Below are positions 24,031-34,818 of a stretch of 64,000 nucleotides of DNA, piece by piece. A program made the position numbers and the translations under genes. The DNA lies in assembly GCA_002269645.1 (NCBI GenBank), contig NIVC01003194.1, positions 78,634 through 142,633 of the forward strand, written 5' to 3'. How positions within the stretch are numbered: position 1 is the stretch's first letter; each line of letters begins with the position of its first letter. Under the pieces are notes generated by a model. It worked only from the letters and a program-made list of their open reading frames with translations. It did not search any database and was not told the origin of the DNA. The stretch comes from Macrostomum lignano (Eukaryota).

Positions 24031-24565
24031 ATTAGTATGTTGTATCTATGTTTGTACCCTACATGTATCTGTGTGTTGTATATGTAGGGTAGTGGGGCCT
24101 AGAGTCCTATCTGTATTGATTTCGACGTTGTGAGTCTGTTTCACTGAGCTGCAATAAATCATATCATGGCATAAAATGAAAATAATGTAGCAATGTATCA
24201 AATTATTCCTACTTAAGCTACTTAAAGTAGGATAGTAGGCATTTTATTTTATACTTTAAAATATAATAAAACTAGGAAAAATAATAACCGAAACAGCTTA
24301 AAACTATCGGAGATTTTATACGTATAACACAACAATTTTTTATAGAGAAAACTGATAATTGCATAGATTTGTATAACACTATTGACATGCACGAAAAGCT
24401 AAAAACACACGCATTTGGTAACTGATTAACAGACTACTTGGTTTGTAAGTTAAATACTGGTACGAACGTATTTGTACAAGACATAAATAAACCAAAACCA
24501 AGCGATATTTATAAATGCGAAAATGTCTATGTTTGAACGTTCAAACGGTACAAGAGAAATGTAAG

Positions 24566-25936
24566 CTAAGCAAGCTTTGAACGTTTAGTCGCGGTGGCAG
24601 AGTTAGACTCATCTGCGCTCGAATGTTCAAGTTTCTTTTTCATATCGGTGACAACTTCATCTTTGATTTTGATACTTTGATTTGAACTCTCCGACGAGGT
24701 GCGTTGAGCACTTTCCAAAGTGCGCTCTGTACTTTCAGAAATGCGTTCCAAAGTGCGCTCTGTACTTTCCGAAGTACAATGTGCACTTTCCGAAGTGCAT
24801 TTTGAACTTTCCAAAGTGCGTTCTGTACTTTCAGAAATGCGTTCCAAAGTGCGTTCTGTACTTTTCGAAGTACAATGTGCACTTTCCGAAGTGCATTTTG
24901 AACTTTCCAAAGTGCGTTCTGTACTTGGAATCTCGCATTTAGCTTCTTTTTGAGCTTCTCTATCGATTTTTTGATTCTGATCAGACTCGGCGAATCGCCA
25001 TGGAAACCGTTCACTCTTTCGCGTATGCTTAGAAAACAGTCTCAACGGTTGCAGGCGAAGCAACGGCCTCAGCATCTCTTCGGCATCAATGCCGAGCAGT
25101 TCTCTACAGACCAACGCCATGACAAGATCGCAACGAGCATTTATACGCAGATAACTCTGAGCATCTTTCTTTGTAGGCTGCAGATTAATAATGACTAATT
25201 TGCCGCCCATTGTGGGCAGATCGGCGGCCGGAACAATCTGCAAACTGGTGCCCAGAGTCAGATTAACGGTAGCCCGACTGGAATGCTCGCGAGCTCGACG
25301 AAGATCTACCTGAGGCAGCTGATGCTCCCAGTCTAGCACCGTGTCCAGCATCTGGCCGCCGCAGATGCCGTCAACACTGTCACCAGCATCGCCACCGGCT
25401 TTGACGGATTTCTTTCTGCCTCGCCTAGCCGGAGCTCCGCACCGCCTCCCGGTGGCTTTCTGACCGACCGTCTCCACCGGTTGGTCTCTCGCCCGGTGCA
25501 AGCCGCACCGGGCGCACCGCTCAACAAACATATCGCCATGCAAAATCGACAACCGATTGCGAGGAAATCCAGACCGAAGGTGCAAACCGTCAACATTCTG
25601 CGTCACCAGGTAGTGAACGAATCCGGCCGTTTCCAAGGCAACCAGAGCGGCGTGAGTAAGTGTTGGCTGAGCCTCTTCAAACTTGGCCCCGGCTTCAACT
25701 GTTCGACCTTCGCGTTCTAGAGTCCAGACGCCGTTGGGGCCGCGGAAATCCGGGATTCCGGCCGAGGTGCTGACGCCGGCTCCCGTGTGGACAACGACTC
25801 GAGCTCCGGGCTGTCGAATCAGGTCCACCAGCTGACGAGCTTTCAACTCCCAATCGGCTTGGGACTCGTGAGTTTCGGGCAGGCCCAGAGTGCCTTTGTC
25901 CGAGTATTCGGACAGCCCGGCCGAGTAGTTAGCCGA
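24566..25936 (-). CDS. SIRT6: NAD-dependent deacylase sirtuin 6, intronless coding region, about 457 aa including a supplied Met
   Basis: N-terminus SANYSAGLSEYSDKG matches the SIRT6 start (M)SVNYAAGLSPYADKG. Also HTGAGVSTSAGIPDFRGPNGVW, QNVDGLHLRSG, the catalytic His in ILHGDMF, zinc-binding Cys residues and DTVLDWE. The frame begins after the acceptor ccttcctcccacctccAG (25937-25938). Confidence 0.92.
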   Translation of the reverse strand, partial: SANYSAGLSEYSDKGTLGLPETHESQADWELKARQLVDLIRQPGARVVVHTGAGVSTSAGIPDFRGPNGVWTLEREGRTVEAGAKFEEAQPTLTHAALVALETAGFVHYLVTQNVDGLHLRSGFPRNRLSILHGDMFVERCARCGLHRARDQPVETVGQKATGRRCGAPARRGRKKSVKAGGDAGDSVDGICGGQMLDTVLDWEHQLPQVDLRRAREHSSRATVNLTLGTSLQIVPAADLPTMGGKLVIINLQPTKKDAQSYLRINARCDLVMALVCRELLGIDAEEMLRPLLRLQPLRLFSKHTRKSERFPWRFAESDQNQKIDREAQKEAKCEIPSTERTLESSKCTSESAHCTSKSTERTLERISESTERTLESSKCTSESAHCTSESTERTLERISESTERTLESAQRTSSESSNQSIKIKDEVVTDMKKKLEHSSADESNSATATKRSKLA

Positions 25937-25956
25937 CTGGAGGTGGGAGGAAGGAG
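25937..25956 (-). promoter_or_regulatory. Candidate trans-splice acceptor of SIRT6
   Basis: Strong pyrimidine tract plus CAG exactly where the conserved initiator Met would lie. Confidence 0.7.
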
Positions 25957-26039
25957 ATGAACTGTTGGTGTGTTGCCGTACCGACTGTTTTTCTATAACG
26001 TTATGGACCCTAATCATCTCTATTCTCTCTAAAAAATCC

Positions 26040-27475
26040 CTGCCATCTCTAAACCCCCTTAATCTCATTTATCTGTTCTCTCCCCCAATCACAGCCATCT
26101 CTAATCCCCCTCAATCCCATTTATCTCTGTTCTCTCCCCCAATCACAGCCATCTCTAATCCCCCTCAATCCCATTTATCTCTGTTCTCTGCCCCAATCAC
26201 AGCCATCTCTAATCCCCCTCAATCCCATTTATCTCTGTTCTCTCCCCCAACCACAGCCATCTCTAATCCCCCTCAATCTCATATATCTCTGTTCTCTCCC
26301 CCAATCACAGCCATCTCTAATCCCCCTCAATCCCATTTATCTCTGTTCTCTGCCCCAATCACAGCCATCTCTAATCCCCTCAATCCTATTTATCTCTGTT
26401 CTCTCCCCCAATCACAGCCATCTCTAATCTCATTTATCTCTGTTCTCTCCCCAATCACAGCCACCTCTAATCCCCTTTAATCTCATTTATCTCTGTTCTC
26501 TACCCCAACCACAGCCATCTCTAATCCCCTTTAATCTCATTTATCTCTGTTCTCTACCCCAATCACAGCCATCTCTAATCCCCCTCAATCTCATTTATCT
26601 CTGTTCTCTACCCCAACCACAGCCATCTCTAATCCCCTTTAATCTCATTTATCTCTGTTCTCTACCCCAACCACAGCCATCTCTAATCCCCTTTAATCTC
26701 ATTTATCTCTGTTCTCTACCCCAATCACAGCCATCTCTAATCCCCTTTAATCTCATTTATCTCTGTTCTCTACCCCAATCCCAGCCATCTCTAATCCCCT
26801 TTAATCTCATTTATCTCTGTTCTCTACCCCAATCACAGCCATCTCTAATCCCCTTTAATCTCATTTAGCTATGTTCTCTACCCCAATCCCAGCCATCTCT
26901 AATCCCCTTTAATCTCATTTATCTCTGTTCTCTACCCCAACCACAGCCATCTCTAATCCCCTTTAATCTCATTTATCTCTGTTCTCTCCCCCAATCACAG
27001 CCATCTCTAATCTCATTTATCTCTGTTCTCTCCCCCAATCACAGCCACCTCTAATCCCCTTTAATCTCATTTATCTCTGTTCTCTACCCCAATCACAGCC
27101 ATCTCTAATCCCCCTTAATCTCATTTATCTCTGTTCTACCCCAATCCCAGCCATCTCTAATCCCCTTTAATCTCATTTATCTCTGTTCTACCCCAATCCC
27201 AGCCATCTCTAATCCCCTTTAATCTCATTTATCTCTGTTCTACCCCAATCCCAGCCATCTCTAATCCCCTTTAATCTCATTTATCTCTGTTCTACCCCAA
27301 TCCCAGCCATCTCTAATCCCCTTTAATCTCATTTATCTCTGTTCTACCCCAATCCCAGCCATCTCTAATCCCCTTTAATCTTATTTAACTCTGTTCTCTC
27401 CCCCAATCACAGCCATCTCTAATCCCCTTTAATCTTATTTAACTCTGTTCTCTCCCCCAATCACAGCCATCTCTA
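26040..27475. repeat. Minisatellite, about 52-54 bp unit (cagccatctctaatcccctttaatctcatttatctctgttctctaccccaatca)
   Basis: Array between the DGAT1-like gene and SIRT6. Confidence 0.95.
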
Positions 27476-27847
27476 GCTTTTAATCTTAATTAATCTCAAT
27501 TCTCTCAGAATCCCAGCCATTTCTAATCTCCAACTCAGTCTCAATTCATTTCTATTACCTTCCCTAATCACAGTCATCTCTAGACTCACTCAATCTCCCT
27601 CAAATCTATTCTCTCCTGAAATCTAACATGGACTTTCATTTTAGAATCCAAGACATAATAATAGTACAAAAAAGTATACAGAAAGTCTATATGGATAGGA
27701 AAACAAAATAAATGTTTATTGCCCCAACAGAATTGTTTATTTATAGAATTTTAATCAACAAAAATTAAAGAGTTAACAACAGAAAATTATATTGCTAATA
27801 TAATGTCAATCGTTGCAAATATCTACACAGAAAACGTCAGTTTAATG

Positions 27848-30800
27848 TCAAAGATAGTACTGACAGTAGTCAGCATAGCCCAGTCTAGCTAGCACTGGCA
27901 GGCCAAGCACAAGGCAGAGCCAAACGAAGGCATTGTTGCCGAATCTGACGCAGGCGGCATCCAGAATGGGCAGCACGATGGCCACAGTGAGCAGAGGCCA
28001 CGGCTGGGGCGATCGAAGCACTGCGGACACAACCAGCTGGGCCAGGAGAGCCCAGGCTAGACTAGGCAGATTGAATTCCGCTGCGGATGGCCACACAGAC
28101 TTCAGCAGGTTGGTCAGGCTTGAAGCATTCCACCAGAGTCGCTTGGTTTGAGTTAGTTTGCTACTGATAGTAGTGTCCTCAGCTGAGGGTTTCTGCTGCT
28201 GAAAATATTTTTTTGGTGAAAAATGATTTCTTATGTTTCTTTTTGTGGAATTCTTGCGTTACAATGATTGGCATGGAAAGGCATTTCCCAAGCAACTTTT
28301 AAAGACGATTCCTAAATAACTTCAAAGGGCGATTCCTAAATAACTTCAAAGGGTGATTCCTAAAAATCTTAAAAGCTTACACTAAACTTAGAAACGAACA
28401 ATGAAAAGCTAAAAATAAAGAAATAGCACTTACAAAGTCACTGCCAGACTGAAAGCAGCAATCCATCAGTTTCAGAATCCGATCCATTGCCGCTCCTGCA
28501 GCCAAGCAGACGGCAATAACAGGAGGCGACAGGCGCAGTTGCCTCTCAACCATTACCAGCCAGTAGGACGCATTGTACTCGTAGCTATTAGCAGCTGGAT
28601 CAGATGAGGCGGCAGCTAGAGAAGGCATTAACCACTGTTGAGTCAGAGCCACTATAGCAACTAATAGTCCTGCTAGTTGAGCAAAGCTAATTAGTAGCAT
28701 TCTGTTGACACTGACAACCCGAAGTTCAACGAGTTGCCTAGCAATGCGCTGACGCTGCAGGTGCAAATTGGTCAGCTTGAGGAACAGAGCCACACTGATT
28801 GACATTCCTGCGAAGCCGACAACTGTTGAAGCGGGAATAGCGAGACGGAGGGTTATATTACACCTGAGTTTATGGAGTGCATTAACACACCTGGGTTTTA
28901 TATGGGGTACATTAACACACCAGGGTTTTAAGGGTACAGAGAAGTATTTCAAAAAAGCTTTAATAAATCAAGGTATTCAAGGCTGCTCATAACACACTAC
29001 TCAACCCAAGTTTAAAGATAATAGGAAATACTCACTGGGCGAAGGCCTAGACCACAGCACAATGCAAGCGGGAGCCACCAGAAGCAGACAGGCACTGCTG
29101 GCCACTCCGAGCCTCCGATAGCCAGAAGAAGCGGCAAAAGCAGACGCATTCAGAGCGGCAAAAGCAACGCAGACCAGGCCGGCAATGCAGGCTGGACCGC
29201 CTCCAACAGCCAGGCAGCTAAGAGGATTTCCAGCCAGAGGGCCGTATCTTAGATGGGACTCTAACAGACAGCGAGCGATGCACATCGATAGAAGGATTAG
29301 CAATGGGCTTAGTAGGCCTCTGAAAGCGCCTCTGCTTTGGCCTAATTGGCCTGGCCGACTTAGCAGACTGTCTGCTGGACTGTGGATCTGCCGACGCCTG
29401 GAAGCATTTCCAGCAGGGAAGAGATGCGTCAGGTGAACTATTGAGTATGTTGATATTCAATTAATGGGATTTAATTTAAGATTTCATTTAAGGTTGTTTA
29501 AACATGTAAATTAAAAGCAAGCCCAGGTCTTTGGATTTTTTGTACAGATTGTAAAATCGAATTATAATTTTAAGATAAGTAAATGAAATTAGAGCATTAT
29601 CTAAATTAGCCTGTAACCTAGGTCCTAGATTTGATACTTGAGACAGAAGATACCACCTGAGAGAGTAGATACCACCTGAGACAGTAGATACCACCTAAGA
29701 GACTGTAGATACCACCTGAGAGACAGTAGATACCACCTGAGAGACAGTAGATACCACCTGAGAGAGTAGATACCACCTGAGAAACAGTAGATACCACCTG
29801 AGAGACTGTAGATACCACCTGAGAGACAGTAGATACCACCTGAGAGACTGTAGATACCACCTGAGAGACAGTAGATACCACCTGAGACAGTAGATACCAC
29901 CTGAGAGACAGTAGATACCACCTGAGAGACAGTAGATACCAACTGAGACAGTAGATACCACCTGAGACTGTAGATACCACCTGAGAGACTGTAGAGTGTA
30001 GATGCCACCTAAGAGACAGTAGATTCCACCTGAGAGACAGTAGATACCACCTGAGACAGTAGATACCACCTGAGACTGTAGATACCACCTGAGAGACTGT
30101 AGAGTGTAGATGCCACCTAAGAGACAGTAGATACCACCTGAGAGACTGTAGATACCACCTGAGAGACAGTAGATACCACCTGAGAGACAGTAGATACCAC
30201 CTGAGAGACTGTAGATACCACCTGAGAGACAGTAGATACCACCTGAGAGACAGTAGATACCACCTGAGAAACAGTAGATACCACCTGAGAGACAGTAGAT
30301 ACCACCTGAGACTGTAGATACCATCTGAGAGACTGTAGAGTGTAGATGCCACCTAAGAGACAGTAGATACCACCTGAGAGACTGTAGATACCACCTGAGA
30401 GACTGTAGATACCACCTGAAGAGACAGTAGATACCACCTGAGAAACAGTAGATACCACCTGAGAGACAGTAGATACCACCTGAGACTTTAGATACCACCT
30501 GAAAGACTGTAGAGTGTAGATGCCACCTAAGAGACAGTAGATACCACCTGAGAGACTGTAGATACCACCTGAGAGACAGTAGACACCACCTGAGAAACAG
30601 TAGATACCACCTGAGAGACTGTAGAGTGTAGATGCCACCTAAGAGACAGTAGCTACCATCTGAGAGACAGTAGATTATGTAGATACCATCTAAGAGACAG
30701 TAGATGCCACCTAAGAGACAGTAGATACCACCTGAGAGACTGTAGATACCACCTGAGAGACAGTAGATACCACCTGAGAAACAGTAGATACCACCTGAGA

Positions 30801-31600
30801 GACTGTAGAGTGTAGATGCCACCTAAGAGACAGTAGCTACCATCTGAGAGACAGTAGATTATGTAGATACCATCTGAGAGACAGTAGATGCCACCTAAGA
30901 GACAGTAGCTACCATCTGAGAGACAGTAGATTATGTAGCTACCATCTAAGAGACAGTAGCTACCATCTGAGAGACAGTAGCTACCACCTAAGATGAGACA
31001 GTAGATACCTCTGGCACCCTGGTTTTAAATTTGGCATCCTGAATTCGGACACAGGTAACTAGTGATTTGTCCTAGGTTTTAAAAGATGTAATACAGCAAT
31101 GCTGATTGCTGGGTAGGACTTGCTTCATTAGCAACAACAGACTACATTTTAATTAGGCCAACTAACCCATCTTGATCTTCCGGTACGCTTTGCTGCTCCC
31201 AGTCGCATTTCAGCCACGCTAGCAACTGCCTACCAACTATACCAACAGCATTGGCTAGGGCAGACGATTTCACAATCGATTTTGCACGACTCCTCAAATC
31301 GATGTTTAGATAGGACCGACGACTCAAAGTAGACACCGAATCGAACGAATTTGAACGCCTATGACGACGCTTCGGTCGAGAACGTTCAATAACGGTTGAC
31401 GCAGCGGCGCTACTTGATGTAGAATTCGAAGGCTTAGAAGATTTTTCCGGTGTTTTATCAAGGACATTCTTCTTTGGCTGAGCAAGTTTAGTAGAGCTCA
31501 GAAGGCGATAATGCGAAGGCGACGGAGCAACAGCAGTCGATCCTTCATCATTAGCGTGAACCAAAGGCGCCACGGCTATAATACCGCTAGTGAGATGCAT
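27848..31600 (-). CDS. Divergent DGAT1-like MBOAT membrane protein lacking the catalytic His, 4 exons, about 511 aa
   Basis: Exons 31600-31167, 29397-29036, 28822-28434 and 28198-27848; GT-AG with matching phases (1536 nt). Collinear DGAT1-like blocks: HSPADSLLS, FRGLLSPLLILLSMCIARCLLESHLRYG, ALFLKL, LTQQWLMPSL, MVERQLRLSPP, WWNASSLT and GNNAFVWLCLVLGLPV. The start codon is less certain. Confidence 0.72.
29640..31010. repeat. Minisatellite, about 21 bp unit (gagacagtagataccacctga)
   Basis: Fills intron 1 of the DGAT1-like gene. Confidence 0.95.
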
Positions 31601-32964
31601 CGAAATGATGTGTTTCTATATTTTACTGACAAACTGACGACAGACCTGACTTCGCTTGATCTATTTGGAAGGAACGCAAGGGTCTCAAGTGTGATTTATA
31701 TACTCCTTTTACTGTGCCCAATCCAAGGGGAGTAGGCAGACGCTAACCAAGGCCAATACCTACAGACTGACTGACTTGGCTTAAGGAAACAAGCACGCAG
31801 CAGAGGGTGGCCGGCGGCGTGGCTGTGCGTGGCATCGTGTGCTATATTTAGAAACAGACTAAAAACGGGAATCCCCCTACAAGTAGACAGGGGTTTTGAA
31901 ATGACCTAGAAATAGAAACCCGTCCAGTCGCGCACGCGTGAAGGTCACGCTATGGCTGCGTGGCACATGCTATCCTAGTGTAAAATTCTGGGAATTTCGT
32001 CATTCTTGCGTTTAGGCTCGGTTGCGTGTTTTGGCGGCAATGGGTTTTTCACTTGTTTATGTACACATCAATCATTCCTATTCTGCGTGGCTTGGCTTCA
32101 ACCCTCGGGACTGGCGTGCTAACTGCGTGATTTTAAATCGATTACATAAAACGAGTACGACCAGATCTTATTTTCTCTTATCTACTTAGCTTAGCTAGCT
32201 AGCTTATACCATTCATGTTCACGTCTCGCTCACGCATCAAATGCATGCGGAGACCAAAATATTAAGTTATAAACCCAGTCAGTGGGACAGAGTTATATGA
32301 TTTACCGATACTGTACATAAAAACTTTCAAACTTGTAAAAGTCCACTAGATATAGAAAACTAGTTTTGTACTTTTTTCTCTCTTTTACTAAGTTAACCTT
32401 AACCGCGAGGACCTGTTTTGATTTGAAACACAGCTGCGAGTGGCACCGAGGTGATAACAGCCTCAAATTAAAATTGCAATGGCACCCCCACCCCTCAAGT
32501 GACACGCGTGTGTAGCTCGTAATAAACAGATAACAACTAGACTGGAGATTAAAATCGCTCCTTAAGTGAAGTGACTGACTGACTGCCCTTCTTGCTAGTG
32601 AAAGACTAATTGTCACCGCACTGAGTTGACAACATAAAGCTAACGCTGATGGAAAATTTCCTTACTAGATTAGATAATACCCTGTTTGATTATAAAGACT
32701 ATTTAGTAGGCTAGGTAGATAGTCCTTGGCCAGATACAAAAAAACTTTATTAGCTTTGGCCGTCTGTAGCTACCCAATCAATTCAAAAAAGTACTTCTAT
32801 TTTGCTTGACTGGAAAAAAAACCTGACGCGTAGGAAAAATAAGATAAGGCCAGGTCCTAACTGCTGATTAGGTTAGGTGGAGAGATAAAAACATAATGAC
32901 ACGGACAGACAGAATTGAGACAATAAATTTAGAAACAAGCAATAACAACTCACATTAAACGTGA

Positions 32965-34305
32965 GGAGGAGGAGGAGACAAGAGGAGGGAGACATGAGAT
33001 AAGAGAGGAGACAGGGGACAAGAGATGGAGGCAGAAGACCAGGGAAGGCAGGAGACTAGTGAGGGAGACAGGAGATAAGAAATGGAGACAGGAGACAAGA
33101 GAGAAGGCTGGGACAAGAGAGCAAGGCAGGAGACAAGAGAGGGAACAGGAGACAAGAGAGCAAGGCAGGAGACAAGAGAGGGAGACAGGAGACAAGAGAG
33201 GGAGACAGGGGACAAGAGAGGGAGACAGGGGACAAGAGAGGGAGACAGGAGACAAGAGAGCAAGGCAGGAGACAAGAGAGGGAGACAGGAGGACAAGAGG
33301 GAGACAGGGACAAGAGAGGGAGACAGGGGACAAGAGAGGGAGACAGGGGACAAGAGAGGGAGGCAGGGGACAAGAGAGCGAGACATGGGACAAGAGAGGA
33401 AGACAGGGGACAAGAGAGGAGACAGGGGACAGGAGGGGAGACAGGGACAAGAGAGGGAGACAGGGACAAGAGAGGGAGACAGGAGACAAGAGAGGGAGAC
33501 AGGGACAAGAGAGGGAGACAGGGACAAGAGAGGGAGACAGGGACAAGAGAGGGAGACAGGGGACAAGAGAGGGAGACAGGGGACAAGAGAGGGAGACAGG
33601 GGACAAGAGAGGAGACAGGGGACAAGAGAGGAGACAGGAGACAGAGAGGGAGACAGGGGACAAAGAGAGGGAGACAGGGACAAGAGAGGGACCAGGGACA
33701 AGAGAGGGAGACAGGGGACAAAGAGGGGAGACAGGGACAAGAGATGGGAGACAGGGGACAAGAGAGCGGAGACAGGGACAAGAGAGGAGAACAGGGGACA
33801 AGAGAGGAGACAGGGGACAAGAGAGGGAGACAGGGAAGAGAGGGAGCAGGGGACAAGAGGGAGACAGGGACAAGAGAGGAGACAGGGACAAGAGAGGGAG
33901 ACAGGGACAAGAGAGGGAGACAGGGGACAAGAGAGGGAGCAGGGGACAAGAGAGGGAGACAGGGACAAGAGAGGGAGACAGGAGACAGAAGGAGACAGGG
34001 ACAAGAGAGGGAGACAGGGACAAGAGAGGGAGACAGGGGACAAGAGAGGGAGACAGGGACGAAGAGAGGGAGACAGATGCGGACTAAGAGAAGGAGACAG
34101 GGGACAAAGAGGGAGACAGGGGACAAGAGAGGGAGACAGGGGACAAGAGAGGGAGACATGGGACAGAGAGGAAGACAGGGGACAAGAGAGGGAGACAGGG
34201 GACAAGAGAGGGAGACAGGGGACAAGAGAGGGAGACAGGGGACAAGAGAGGGAGACAGGGGACAAGAGAGGGAGACAGGAGACAGAGAGGGAGACAGGAG
34301 ATAAG
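32965..34305. repeat. GA-rich minisatellite, 20-21 bp unit (gacaagagagggagacagg)
   Basis: Between MICU1 and the DGAT1-like gene; source of the spurious LSCPLSPS and RETGDKRG ORFs. Confidence 0.95.
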
Positions 34306-34818
34306 CGGGGAGACAGTATCAATGTTTAGCACTATTTTGTAGCCAGGATAGTAACTACCTAGCAAGGAATACAAATAAAAGTACAATAAGAACTACAATG
34401 TCAGTATCAACTACAGGGACATTATCGTAAATTGTTTCTGTGTATTTTGTTTTACAAATTGAAAACAAAAACAAAATAGTAATAAAATGGGTAAGAACTT
34501 AGAAGCAAAAAGCCGCCATCAGATTTTAAGAAAAGCGCTGACTAAACAGCGAATTGAAAAATAACTATATTGGCCAGTAGTGAGGAGGACTCAAAAAAAC
34601 TCACAGACAATGAATGGGAAGATACCTATGATAAAATTAGCCGATTATGTAAAAATATAAATATAAATACTTGTTTGCATATAACAGTATTAATACCAAT
34701 GGATTCATTGCACAGTATTTCAGTTTACTAGCTATGCAGCTGTCTGGTTAAAATCAAAGCTTAAAAATAAATAATTAAATGAGTCTATAATAAGCGGCCT
34801 ATAATTCAAAATCATAAA

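Noticed and set aside
25939-26068. SIRT6 start at 26068 as given by the ORF track
   Set aside because: This ATG lies in the minisatellite and adds 44 non-conserved residues. Homology starts exactly at the acceptor at 25937.
29618-30822. Hydrophobic LSLRWYL and SGGIYC ORFs
   Set aside because: Frames of the 21-bp array in intron 1 of the DGAT1-like gene.
32950-34386. Long LSCPLSP and RETGDKRG ORFs on both strands
   Set aside because: Translations of a GA-rich minisatellite.
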